Under the pieces are notes generated by a model. That model searched no databases, had not been told where the DNA came from, and saw only the letters and a list, made by a program, of their open reading frames with translations. Made by a program: the position numbers and the translations under genes. Shown in pieces: positions 47,907 to 60,450 of a DNA stretch of 63,988 nucleotides. This stretch comes from Fonticula alba ATCC 38817 (Eukaryota > Protista > Nucleariida): the NCBI GenBank assembly GCA_000388065.2, contig KB932213.1. One strand, written 5' to 3'. Each line of letters starts with the position of its first letter. Position 1 is the stretch's first letter.

Positions 47907-48756
47907 TTAGTGCGGGCCCATCTTCACCGGGCGGTACTGGCCGGGGCCGAGGCCTGGGTGGTCGCCGAGGCCGGTGGCCGAGGCCAGCGGCACTGCGCCG
48001 GGGCCCGGCGTCTGCGGCGTTGTGGGGGTGGAGACGCTGGGGCCGGTGCCCAGCGGGGCGGCCAGGCCGGCGGTGGCGGCCGCCAGCGCCCCGGACACGG
48101 GCAGGTAAGCCCCGCTGCCGGTGGAGGGCGAGAGGTGGGCGGCCAGGGGGGCCGCATCGCCGGGGGGGTTGGTGGCGGCACCGGCGGCGACGGGCCCGGG
48201 GGCGGAGGCGGTGGCGGCGGCCACGGCGGCCGCCATGGTGGCCGCCGCCGACATCTGCAGGTTGGCCAGGGCATGCTGATTGAGCTGCGCAGCGGTGATG
48301 AGGGCAGGCGAGGGGCTGTGGGCGGCGGCGGCGGCGGCGGCGGCCGCGGCCGCCGCATAGCTGGCCGCCATGTCCAAGCCGCCGGGCATGGTGGGCACAA
48401 AGTGTCCTGGCGGCTTGGCATGGTGGGGCTGGTGCAGCCCATGCTGCTGGTGGTGGGCCAGGTGAGCATGGGCGTGGTGCAGGGGGTGGTGTGGGGAAAG
48501 ACCGGCCGTGGTGGCCTGGAGGTCCGACGGGCCAGCAGCTCCGGCGTCGCCGGCGGCATGTGCGTGCGGTGCCACCCCGACCGGGGAGATGTTCAAACCA
48601 CTGAGGGCCGCCGAGGACCGGGACACGGGCGACGAGGCGAGAGACCCGACCGCCCCGGGGCTGGCAACCGCCGGGGCGGGCCCCGGGGCCGAGCCCGCGC
48701 CGGCCGGCTGCGCGCCAGTCGGCGAGATGGACAGGGGGGCCATGCTGGCGCTTGCT

Positions 48757-48788
<32 letters not shown>

Positions 48789-51700
48789 CACACTCGGGCC
48801 GCCGGACCCCGGGGCCTGACCGGCCTCCGGCCCCCCGGCCAGCGACGAGCCCAGCGGCGGCGACGCGAGCATCAACCCAGCCGGGGCGGTGGCGGTGGCG
48901 GTGGCGCTGGCGCTGGCGCTGGCGGCCTGCCCGGTGGCCGGGGCCGCCATGCCGCCGGGGCTGGGAAGGGGGCTGCCGCCGGCCGAGGGGGCGCTGGCGC
49001 CGCCGGCCGAGGCAGCACCACCGGCCGCGGCCCCGGGCGAATTCCTGGGCCAGGTGCGCATGAGCACCCGGCGCCGGGCATTGATGAACCAGTTGTTCAG
49101 CTGGGTGATGTCCAGGCCGGTGTGGCTGAGCAGGCGCTGCTTCTCCGTCTCGCTGGGATAGGGATTGGTGTGGTGGGCCAGGATCCACCGGCGGAGGTAC
49201 TCGCGCACGGGCTTGGTGATGCCCTTTTGCGGGGGTCCAGGCCGGTGTGGCTGAGCAGGCGCTGCTTCTCCGTCTCGCTGGGATAGGGATTGGTGTGGTG
49301 GGCCAGGATCCACCGGCGGAGGTACTCGCGCACGGGCTTGGTGATGCCCTTTTGCGGGGCCTGCGGGGCCGGCGGCGGGGTCGGCACCCGCGGGGGGGAA
49401 TTCCCCGACCGACTGTGGGCATTGGCGCTGTTGTGGATGGGCACGAAGATGGCCGCCCCGCCGGTGGAGCCGCCACCGGGGGAGGTCCCGCGCGGCCCGG
49501 TGCGGCCGCCGGTACTCCCGCCCGGGCGGCCTGTCGCCCCGCCGGGGCCGGCCCCGGCAGAGGTGGCCTTTTGGGCCCGGTTGCGGGACATGGAGGCCCC
49601 GCCGCCGANNNNNNNNNNNNNNNNNNNNNNNNNNNGCACGAAGATGGCCGCCCCGCCGGTGGAGCCGCCACCGGGGGAGGTCCCGCGCGGCCCGGTGCGG
49701 CCGCCGGTACTCCCGCCCGGGCGGCCTGTCGCCCCGCCGGGGCCGGCCCCGGCAGAGGTGGCCTTTTGGGCCCGGTTGCGGGACATGGAGGCCCCGCCGC
49801 CGGGGCCGGACCGGCTGCCGCCGCTGCCCCCGGGCCCGGGGGTGCTCGGGGCCGAGGAGGGCGTCGACACGGGGCCCGAGTCGGCCAGGCCGTGGCCGAA
49901 GTCCAGGGCCAGCCCGCTGGACGAGGCCGAGGACAGGGCATACGCATGGCCGCCGGCCCCGAGCCCGGGGCTGGCCTGGCGCTCGGCCCCGAACGCGTCA
50001 CTCGGGTAGACGCCCAGCCGAGGGGCGTGGTCTTTTTTTTTTTTTTTTTTCGACCACATCGGGCGACCGTGCCAAGTCGAGGGGCGCTGGCTGTTAGTAC
50101 GGTGTCAAGCGAATTAACCGGGGGGGAGGGGAGGGGGCGATGGCTGTCGGGCGTACCGGGAGCACTGGCGCCCGGGTCGGCGTCGGAGGAGGGGGCATCC
50201 GGCGCAGCGTGGGGGTGCGACTGCGACTGCGGCTGCTGCGGCTGTGGCTGCGGCTGCGGCTGCAGGGGCCCGGGTGCCGGCTCGGCGTCCGACGCACCAT
50301 GGTAGTGCGGCGCATGGTGGGACAGATACTGCGGCTGCGAGGACGGCTGTGCCTGGAGATGGGCATGGTGCTGGTGGTGGCCGGCATACTCGGCCGCATG
50401 GAAGTCGCTCGAGGCGGCGTGAGGGCCGGGCTTCCGCGGCCCGCCAGCGGGCCCGATGTCGGCCGACTCCTTGCCATGGGCATACTGGCTGGGGTAGTGG
50501 CCGCCATACTGGCCGCCATACTGGTCGGCATACTGGCCGCCATGGTGATACGCGTGGCCATGCGGCGGGTGGGCCGGGTGGTGCGGGCCGCCGCTGGACA
50601 GGTCGGCCGCTGGCCCGGGCCCCTGGTCGTAGTGGCCGCCATCGGCCGAGGGAGCGCCACGGTACCGGGGGTCCGAGTAGTCATGGACGCGGGCCCCGCC
50701 GGCCGGTCGGTGCTGGTGCTGCTGGCCGCCGCCGCCGCCGCCGCCAAGGGAGCCTGCACGCCCGGCCGAGGGCACGAGGTACGTCCCGGCGGCGGAGGCC
50801 GCCTGCTGTGCTGCCGGCCCATGATACGGGCCCCCGGCCGCGGCCGGGTGCTGCTGCGCATGGTACGTCGAGGTGGGGTGCATGCCGGCGGCCGAGCCCG
50901 GCGGCAGGGCCGGCCCGTAGGCGCCCGGGTGCGCCGGGTACCCGGTCGGGCCGGTGTCCGCGGCAAAGCCCGGGCCGGTGCCAGGCAGCCCGGCCTGCCG
51001 AGCCCGAGGGTCCATCACCGGCGATGTCTCGGCCTCGGCGCCCTCGGCACCGCGGGCCGCGTAGTAGGCCGATCGGCCGGCCATGTGTCCGGGCGCCCGG
51101 TAGTCCGGCGACCGGGCCGCCGAGGGGGCGCCCGCGTCGGCAGCCCCGCCGGCCGATGATGCCCCGCCCTCGGCCGGGGGATGGTACGGCGCATGGGAGC
51201 GCGGCCCGGTTGACGGGTGCACCGAGTGCCCCGGGCCCGACAGCAGGGTCTCCTGGAAGGCCAGGTTGTCCAGCGACCCGGAGGCCATCTCCGCGTCGTC
51301 GCCGGGATCGGGGTTGCGGAAATGCCCCGGCTGTTGCTGCTGAACATGGAAGCGGTCGCGCCCGCGCGAGGGCCCCGGGTGCAGGTGCTTGCCGGGCTGG
51401 TCCAGGTACGAGGGCCCGGAGTGCGGGCCACTGGCCCCGGGGCTGGCCGCCGCATCCTCCAGGTAGCCGGCGGTCGGGAGGTAGGCCTCGCCCGGGGCGA
51501 CGGCCCCCGGCCCAGCGCGAGCATTGCCAACCGGCTGCTGCTGCTGCTGCTGCTGCAGGGGGTACTTGGCCGTGGTCTGCGGGTAGGAGTGCTGCGGGGC
51601 CTGCGCGGACGGGGGGGCCCCCGCACGGCTGGCAGGGAACTGCTGCGACGGGTGCCCCTGCGATGGCTGCTGCGACTGAAGTGGATAGGCATGCTGTTGC

Positions 51701-54700
51701 TGCTGCTGCTGCTGCTGCTGTGAATACTGCTGCGCATACTGTGCCTGCGATGGCTGCTGCGGCTGTGGCTGCGGATATTGCTGCCCGGCCTGCGAGCCGG
51801 TGCCGTCCGGGTGCGATTGGACGAAGCGCCCCGAGGCATACTCCTCGCCAGGGTGGCGATGCGCCGCCTGCGAGGAGTAAGTCCCGGTGGCCGAGCCGGC
51901 GAAGGCCGCTGCTCCGTGCTGACCCAGCGGGTAAGCTCCATGCTGCGCCTGTGCCTGGGTCTGGGTCTGGGATGGTGCCTGCGAGCGATGCTTGGCGAAG
52001 ACACCCCCCTCAGGCCCGGCGGCCGAGGGGTAGTCGCCTCCCGGGGCGGCGGGCCCGGCCGGGAGTCCGGACTTGGTCCGGACGGCCGGGTCATCGAGCC
52101 CCGGGCCGCCGGCGCCCGCCGAGGCCCCGGGCGAATCGAAAGGCGACCCCCCGCGCGCCATGCTTGCTCCACCGTGCTCGCCATCATGTGGCGAGTAGCC
52201 TGGCGATGGGCCGCAGCTGGGGGCCGACGCGCGTCGGGTCACCGGTCGCCCGGCGGTGGCGTAGCTCCTGCATGAGCGGCGAATGCCGCGGAGGCAAGCC
52301 GGCCAATGGAGTGGGGAGGAGCGTGTACGAAAGGCAGGGATAGAGGGACAGAGACAGAGAGAGGAAGTGCACACGGCACGGCCAGCAGGGCGTGGAGGAG
52401 TTGCAAGAAAAAAAGGTCAGTAAATGGCCGACGAGAGCCCGTGGTGCAGGGGAGGAAGCCAGCGACGGCCGAGGGGGGAGGAGCACGCACGAATAGCCAC
52501 CCAGACCGTGGGAGGGGCTCGGCCGGATGGCCGACTGCTGCTGGTCGGACCAGGGGTCGGCATCGGGGTCGGCGAAGAGCCCGGCCCCGACACCCGGCCC
52601 GGCCGGCGTCGAAGCCGGGGTCGACATGGACGCCGCCGTGGCCGCAGGGCTGTCGTAGCGCCCGCCGGCCGCCGCGGGATCGATCGCGCACCGGCCACCC
52701 AGCCCCTCGACCGGGGTGTACGGCCGGGACCCGGTGGCCGGCGAGGTCCGCTGCCCCGGGCGGAAGGGGTCGCCCCCCGGCTGGGCTTGGGCGGACTGCG
52801 GTCCGGGGGCCGAAGCCTCTTCGGGCCCGGCGGATCGGAACAACCCGGCCGCGTTGTGCTGCTGCTGCTGAAGATTGTGGGCGCCATAGCGCACGCCCTG
52901 CTGCTGGGGATGCCCGTAGGATGCGGCCTGGTGCGCGTAGGGGACCGCCGGGTGCCCGGGCAGGGCAGGAGCAGAGCGCCCGTGCGGGTCGGGCCGCGTG
53001 TCGAAGGAGTGCGTCCGGCGGACCGCGCGCCGGGCCGGGTCGCGTGCCGTGCTCGACATGACCGTCCCCCCGGGGCCGTGGTACTCGTCGTGCGGGGTAC
53101 CAGCCATATTGGCATCGTTCGGTGGCAGGACCGCCACCTGGGCCGGCCCTGGCGGCTGCGGCTGTCCCGGCTGATGGGACGGCGGCGGCAGCGACGACTG
53201 CAGCGCCATCCCCGCGGCTCCGGCAGACCCGCCCTGCTGCTGCTGCTGCTGCTGCTGCATGGAGAAGGGCAACAAATCCGGCGACTCAATCTGCAGGGTG
53301 TTGTACGAGTGCAGGGTGACCGAGCGGCTGACCTCGAGGAAGGTCTTGCCGCTGTCCGAGCGCCGGAGCTCGGGCGAGGTGGACCGCGTGCAGGCATCGG
53401 CCCCCTCGCTGGAGGTGAGCCCGGTGGCCGGTGGGGCCGTGGCGGCAAGGCTGCCGGGGCCGATCACACCGGCATGCTGCTTTTGTTGGTGCTGCTGTTG
53501 CTGCTGCTGCTGCTGCTGCAGGGCCCCGGTGCTGTATGACCGGGTGGTCTCGGCCAGCAGGCCGGGGGCATAGTCCGGGCGGAAGTGCGGGCGGTCCACC
53601 GGGCCGGCGCTGGCTGGGCGGCCGCCGGCCGGACTCCGGGCTCCCAGCCCGGGATCCATGTCCCCGGGCCCGGTGGCGAAGAGCCCCCCGCCGGGGCCCA
53701 CCACATCGAAGTCCGACTCGGCGGGGCCCACGCCGCGGGGGAGATACTCCCCGGGCAGGCTGCCGCCGGCGGAGTCCACATGCCCGGCCAGGGTGAAGCC
53801 CACCTCCTCGGTGCCGGTCATGCTGGCCGGAGCACTCCAGTGGCTTTCATGCTGGTGGTGGTGATGCTGGTGATGGTGATACTGGTGATGGTGATGATGA
53901 TGATGGTGGTGCTGCTGCTGCTGTGGCTGCGGCGGCTGCTGCTGTTGTTGCGGATATATGGAGGGGTGGTGCATGGGATGCCCACCGGCCGGATGGTGGT
54001 GGCCATGGTGCTGTGGCCGCGGCTGCGCGTGCATCGGATGGTGATGGGGCTGGAGCGCCCCCCCGGGGCCCGCGGCATAGGGGCTCAGATCGCAGAAGCT
54101 GCTGTCCTGGCAGATCTGGCAGTCCGGCTCGCCGGAGCAGACATGATCGAACCCCGGGTACAGGAGCCCGGCCGCGTGCGACATGCCGAAGGACTCGGAC
54201 GAGCGCGACACCGACAGGCAGTCCGCCGGGTCCGAGGGGTAATCGGTGAGGAGATTCGGCGACCGGCCGATGGCGATGGTGGACAGGGGCGGCGAGTGCA
54301 GGGCGAGGCCCACCTGCGACCTGAGGCCGGCACCGGCGACACCGCCATCACCGAGTGCCCCCCCTGGCGAGGGGGGCACCGGGCCCAGCCCGCCGAGCCC
54401 GGCGCCCGGAGACGGCAGCAGGTGCATCGGCAGCGGCGACGCCCCGAAGACCTCGGAACTGGTGGCCATGCTGGCCACCGCGACACCATGCCGCGAGCCA
54501 TCCGTGGGGGAGATGCCTCCGCCGCCCGGCAGGCCATCATGCTCGATGGCGTCCGGCCCGGCGCCGGCCATGGCCAAACTCCCACTCGCTTCGGCCCGCT
54601 GGAAGAGCCGCTCCACATCCCCATCCCCCGGACGCGGGGTGTAGAAGGCCTCCGGCTGAGAGGCCGCCCCGGCGGCCAGCCGGGCCGCCTGGCTGTCGCC

Positions 54701-56905
54701 CGGTGCCGGGGCCTGCTGCTCCGGCCACCCGAAGCCTGCGTGCTGATGGTGCGGATAGTGTTGCTGCTGCTGCTGCTGGTGGTGGTGGTGGTGCTGGTGC
54801 TGGTGCTGGTGCTGGTGCTGGTGGTACGGGTGATGGGGCGCATGGGGGCCCGAGTGCGAATATGCGTGGGCCTGTGGGTGATGCCCGGGCGACAGGTCCG
54901 GGCCCTGCGGCAGGGGGTCCGGCGAGCGACTGTGCGGGCCGCGCGGCGAGTCGAAGAAGCGCGCCTCGGCCACCTTGCTGGCCAGGGCCTGCGAGGAGCA
55001 ATCGGCCGCCGGGGTGCCGCTGCCGGGAGGGCCGACGGTGGGCTGGCCGGCTCCCGGGTCCGCGCCCCGGGGATGGTGCGCCCCGCCACCGGCGCCCTTC
55101 GGGTCCATGGGCCCGGGCCCGGGCTCCTGGCCGGGGGGCGCCGAACCGGCCCCGGACTCGGCGCTGGCCGACCCGGCCGCCGGGCATCCGGTCGGGGGCG
55201 GGGGGCTCGACTCCGAGGAAGACGGCGACACCGGGTCTCGGGCCCGCGGACGCAGCAGGCGATCGAAGTGCGGCCCGGCGGCGCCGGGGCCCGACCCGGT
55301 GGACCCGGCTCCCGAGGCCCCAGCACGGCGGGTGTCGATGTACAGCCCACCGGCACCGGTGGCGGTGGCGGGCGCCCCGGCCAGGGCCTCGAGCTCCGGC
55401 GAGGAGAGCATGTCGCCCGGGCCGCCGGAGGTCCCGGCAGTCGGGGACTCGGTGCGTGTGGCCACCACCGAGGGGGACGAATCGCTGCTGACATTGCCAC
55501 CCTCGCCGCGGCCGCTGGTGTTGGCGGCAGTGCCGCTGCCGCTGCAATTGCCGCTGGTGCTGGTGCTGTTGCTGCTGCCGCCGCCGCCGCCGCCGTCGCC
55601 GCTGCTGCTGCTGCCGCTGCTGCCGCTGCTGCCGCTGACGGAGCCCGCGGTCGAGCCATCGGCCAAGGCCCCGACGGCCGGCAGGTCGGCATCGCCGGCA
55701 TCACCTGGGAGGCCCGGGTCCCCGGCCCCAGGTCCAAAGCGCGTCGGCTGGAAGTGGTGCATCGGGTGCATCGGGTGCAGGTGGTTCATGTGGCGGAAGG
55801 CGTGGTGGCCGCGAGAGTCATCCTCGGAGTCGAACATGCGGGCCCCGTCGAAGTGCGACACGCGCTCGGTGGACTTGGAGGCGACGGCCTCGTGGGCGGC
55901 CCCCGGGCCGAAGCTGTCCTCCATGGAGCAGTCGCCCTCCTCCGGGAGGCCAGCCGTGGGGGGGGCCCTGTCGCCGGGGCCCCCGGCGGCCAGAGGCCCG
56001 GTGCCGGGGCCCAGCCCGGCCGGCGGGGCGGTGGCCATGCCATTGCCACCACCGGCGGCCAGGCCGGCCGGCGAGCCATTCCCGGCGGATGTGCTCGAGC
56101 CGCGGCCGGCATTCGGGGCACGCAGCGAAAAGAGCGGGCTCATCAGACGGATGAAGTGGGCCCGGTCGCGGGAGTGCGGCTCAAGCGGCTCGGCCCCGGG
56201 GCCGGCCGGCGCCATGGCACCGCCGCCGGACAGCCCGCCCTTGGCCGAGAGAATGGGCGAGGAGAAGCCGGCCGAGCAGGGGGCCGGAGCCGGGCCGGTG
56301 ACCATGCCGGTGGTCGCCGGCGGCGTGGCTCGCGGCATGGCCGGCTGCACGAGGGCGTCGATTTCGATTTGCAGGCACAGGGCCAGCAGCAACATCAGCC
56401 GGTCGCAATGGGCCGGGTCCTGGACCGGGCACCGGGGGAGGGTGGCCGAATCGGCCGGCGCCAGGGGCCCCGGCTCCTCGCACCCGGCGCACCGCCGGGC
56501 CTCATGCGCCGCCACAAAGCCAAAGGGATTGGCCGAGGGCCCGGGGCGCAGGATGATGCGCGCATCGCCATTGAGCGGCCCGGCTGACCGGCGGGCTGGG
56601 CTGCCGAAGCGCCCGCCCCCGGCCGCCGGGGCCGCGTCCGGCTCCGCGCCTCGGGGCAGGTAGCCAAAGTGGTGGGCCAGCTCAATGAGCCCAGGCCGGT
56701 CCTCCAGGAAGGACTCCAGGTCCTCGAAGCTACGCAAATCCGGCGTCGGGGGCAGCGACGCATCCTCGAAGTGGGCCCGCCGCCGGTCCTGAGTCGAGGT
56801 ATACAGGGCCCACAGCCGGTGGCACAGGGGGAAGAGGGCATGTGTGGTCACCTGGCCCCGGCAGGGGGGGGTCGACTGCTCGACCGCTACAATCGGCGCA
56901 CCCAT
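47907..56905 (-). CDS. Giant TALE-class homeodomain transcription factor (MEIS/PREP/KNOX-like) with MEINOX-like N-terminus and Q/H/G/P-rich linker, ~2,776 aa after removing two duplications
   Basis: Homeodomain KGITKPVREYLRRWILAHHTNPYPSETEKQRLLSHTGLDITQLNNWFINARRRVL has the PYP loop and I50. Exons 56905-52491, 52267-50157 and 50031-47907 give one continuous frame (8331 nt) once the 125-bp and 195-bp duplications are removed. N-terminal motifs are HALFPLC, SFEDLESF and DRLMLLLALCL. The homeodomain call is high confidence; the full gene model is moderate. Confidence 0.75.
49110..49359. repeat. Exact 125-bp tandem duplication covering homeobox helices 1-2 (49110-49234 and 49235-49359), frameshifting
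   Basis: Read directly. The copies are identical and the unit is not a multiple of 3; probably an assembly artefact. Confidence 0.9.
49441..49802. repeat. ~167-bp sequence duplicated on both sides of a 27-N gap (unmerged contig overlap)
   Basis: 49441-49607 is repeated from 49636; this is the classic negative-gap pattern. Confidence 0.9.
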
Positions 56906-57295
56906 GGCGTGAGGAGGGTGGCTGGCTGTATGTGTGTGTGTAGGGGCGGGGGGGCGGGGGGNNNNNNNNNNNNNNNNNNNNNNNNNNNNNNNNNNNNNNN
57001 NNNNNNNNNNNNNNNNNNNGGGTGGGCTCCGGTATGTGCGCGCGGCTGTGTCTTTGGCGGTTGTGGTCGCAGCCACTCACTGGCGCTCTGCTGCAGGCTT
57101 CTTGCCAGAGGCGCAGGCGGGAGGGCGGACGGGGTCGGTTCGGTGGATCAGCTCCTGGCAGCGGGAGCAGAAGGCGGACAGGGAGCCATGCGCCGAGTGG
57201 GGCCTGCGTGGTCTTGCTCTTTTTGTCGGCTACGGAGGAGGTGCTGACAGCGGCGACGGTGACAACAACCAAGGGACCAACAGCGGAGAAGATAT

Positions 57296-57380
57296 GTGGT
57301 GCGGTGCGGCGCGGTGCGTTGCGATGCGATGCGGCGCGGATCGGTGCGGTGCGGTGCGGTGCGGTGCGGCGCGGCGCGGC
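57296..57380. repeat. Degenerate pentamer repeat (GCGGY/GCGAT) x17 upstream of the TALE gene
   Basis: Read directly. Confidence 0.85.
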
Positions 57381-59982
57381 AGGAGAAGAGGCAGAGGCAG
57401 GGAGGAGCGTTGGGGTAGGGCGGCAGGGAAGGTGTTGGCGTCGCAGAGTTGGGAGGGGAGGTAACGCCGGCCGCCCAGCCGCCAGGCGTAAGGCCATGCC
57501 TCCTCAACAGTTCACACCTGGGAGTGGTGACGCCGCGAAGGGCGGTAGATACGGCGGGGGGCTTCTCTGCCCCTTGCCTTGCCGCGCTCGGTCTCCAGCC
57601 CGGCTGCGGTGTTGATTCACAGGGGGGCAGAGAGAAGAAGAAAGAGAGGGAGCGAGAGGGAGGGAGATAGAGAGATAGAGAGACATGCACACAGGGCGAA
57701 AGACACATGCACCCTCGGGGAAGGAGCTGGGACCTGGGGCCAAAGCATGGGACAGACTCGCAGCGAGAGGTCTCGGGCACGGCGTCCGGCCCTCGATGGA
57801 GATCACCTCTGGAGGGATGCCGGCTTATGTCCGGCGGACTGGCGGAGGGGTGTCCTCGGCTGTGTCCGAGCCGGTCAGACGCGCGGCTGGGGGGTGAGGA
57901 TGAGGGGGGGGTGGGGGGGGGAGATATGTACGTCCGGGGCATTGTGGGTCATGGAATGCCTCGCCCCACCCAACGCGGGGCCGGTCGGAGCGCGCCAGAG
58001 ATTCCCACGGGCACCAGTGAGCAGGGTCGGCATCGCGTCCCTGGTACTCTCAAGGCCGCGGCCCTCTGAGCAGGGGGGGGGGGACCCGGGGGAAGGTGTT
58101 TTTAGGGAAGGCATTTTAAATTCTGCCAATGTTCCCTCACACCAGAGCAGTTGCCTATGCTGGGGCTGGCCGCTGCCTGCCCCCGGGGGGAGGGGGAGGG
58201 GGGATGCTGAAATGGGATGGCCGGAGGCCGGGGGGCACCCCGTGAGCGAGGCACCGCTTCACAACCGGCCCGGCCGGGATGACGCATGCGCACCAGCTGT
58301 TCATGCACCGGGGCTGGCCGCGCGGCTGCCGGGGTCTTGAGGGTGGGCTTCCGCCCGGAGGCCAGCAGGGGAAAACAGCGCAGCCAGATGCAATGCTCAG
58401 GGGTGCCTCGGCAGGGACGGATATCCGGCGACCCCTCAAGTAGACATCCATCGCTTGGTAGGCGGATGTATTGGGGGTGGGGTGGGGGGGGGGGGATTGC
58501 ACCAGTGGAGGGGGATGTGAGAAGTGATGGGAGTTGGGTGGGTGAGGGCGGGGTGGGGGGGCGGAGGCTGGCCGGAACCTCGCGGTCGGTCCCACTCCTC
58601 AGCCCCTGGCGACGGCGGAGTGGGGGCGGGCGGGCGGGGGCGAGCCTCTACTTTCGGACCCTCGGAAACCGGATGTTCCCGGAGCGCGACCGCTCAACAG
58701 AGGCGGAGTACAAAACAAAAGCGGTCCGGAGGGACGGCTGGATAGCCAAGTAGGGCAGACCCAGGTTCCGGCTCAGGCTCGGGGGGTCATTCGACGAGAA
58801 GAGAGAGAGAGAGAGAGGGGGGGAGAGGACGGAGAGTGTGCGTGTGTGTGTCTGTGTGTGATGCAGAAACACAGGGGAAGGGAGAGAAAGAGAACTCGGC
58901 CTGGCTCGGCACCCATGGACCGTGGTTGCGTGATGCCCGGCGAGATGTGTCCTTGCTCCGGGTGAGGGGCTTGGCCGGGCGCACACCCGGCCCCGGAAAC
59001 GATGGGGAGACCCGGGCAAAAAAGGGCGAGGCACACGCCGATGTTTCAGGAACCGGTGAGACGACCGGCCTCTGTCCTGGAGGGGAAAGATCGGGGGATG
59101 CGCGCGCCATTACGCATTGCCCCGGGGGCCGGGTGGGGAGGGCAGAGGGCGAGCGTGAGAAAGTGCCAGCCGCTGTCAGTGGGGCGCCGGGAAAAACGGC
59201 GGCCCCGGTGAGCGGGCGTCGAGGGCCGAGGGACGCGCGTTCGTGTAGCCGCCAGAGCGGGGCGCCCATCGCCTGCCCCCCCCCCCCCTATGTGAGAGAA
59301 ACTCCGGGCCCCCGGCGCCGGAACCCTCGGGGCCCTGCATGCCGCCCTTGAGTGGCGACCATCGGGCGATGCACCAGGAGAAAGCGGGGGGGGGGGGGGG
59401 GGGGGGGGGCAATCCCGCAAACATGCTGTCAATTCCGCCCGCGCGCCGGTGGTAGAGATGCGCCGTGCAGGGCGGGAGAAAAAGGACCAGCGCCGAAGGG
59501 GGGGGGGGAGCCGCCGACGCTGTGGGGCCGCGCTCACAGCCGCCTGGAGGATCATCGCGGGCCCCTTTCGTCCAAACAGGGGCGTGGGGCCCCCCCTGAG
59601 CCATCTCAGGCCCGCGCAAGGCGGCCCTGTGCCAGCAAGCAGGAGGGCGCCGAGCGAACAGGCCATTGGCCGCGAGGGGGGGGGGGGGACGGGGCGCTAG
59701 CCGCCGGGAACGAGAGGCCCGGCGCAGGACAAGAGCGCGACGGAGTTGGTCGCCAGCCTGGCAGGAGGGTGGGCATCTGTGCTACACTCACGCTCCGGAA
59801 CTCTGTGGCGGGCGGCGTCTCAACACACGCAAACGCCCTCCCCCCCGCAGGGGATGTGTGTCCACACACCGCATGAAACCCACTCCCCCGCCGGCTGCCC
59901 CCCCCCCCCCCCCCGCGGACGCCTCGCGGCCTGGGGCATACGCGCGCCGGGCCCCACCCACCGCCGGCCTCTGCCACATATG

Positions 59983-60013
<31 letters not shown>

Positions 60014-60360
60014 GCACACACGCACACACAGCCATGCCTACATCCGTCCGCGCTCGTGCTCGCGCTCGCGCTCGCATGTGTAAGGGGGCGCGCGTGTGCG
60101 GGGGGCGGCGGCCGAACTGTCAAAATAGACGCCAGCTGTGCCTGAAACGCGCCTCGTGAGTGGGCATGTGATTGCTCTCCAGGTCCTCGGCAACGCCGCC
60201 GTAACTCGCTGGGCAGCATGTTAATTGGGCCTCCTCGGGCCCCTGTGGGCTTCGAGCCCCGATGTGGGGGAATTTTCGTCATGGCGCCGGCGCATGGGGG
60301 CGCGCGCGACCCGGGGCCACGCGTCCGGGCATATTTTTTTGCCCAGACCTTTCCCGGCCA

Positions 60361-60362
<2 letters not shown>

Positions 60363-60450
<88 letters not shown>

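Noticed and set aside
49441-49802. Tandem ~167-bp duplication as a biological repeat
   Set aside because: The copies flank a 27-N gap, which is an unmerged contig overlap. Removing 195 nt keeps the frame.
47686-52374. 1562-aa ORF taken as a stand-alone gene
   Set aside because: Only its middle part (52267-50157) is in the coding frame. The rest is intron or out-of-frame sequence extended through a gap and duplications.
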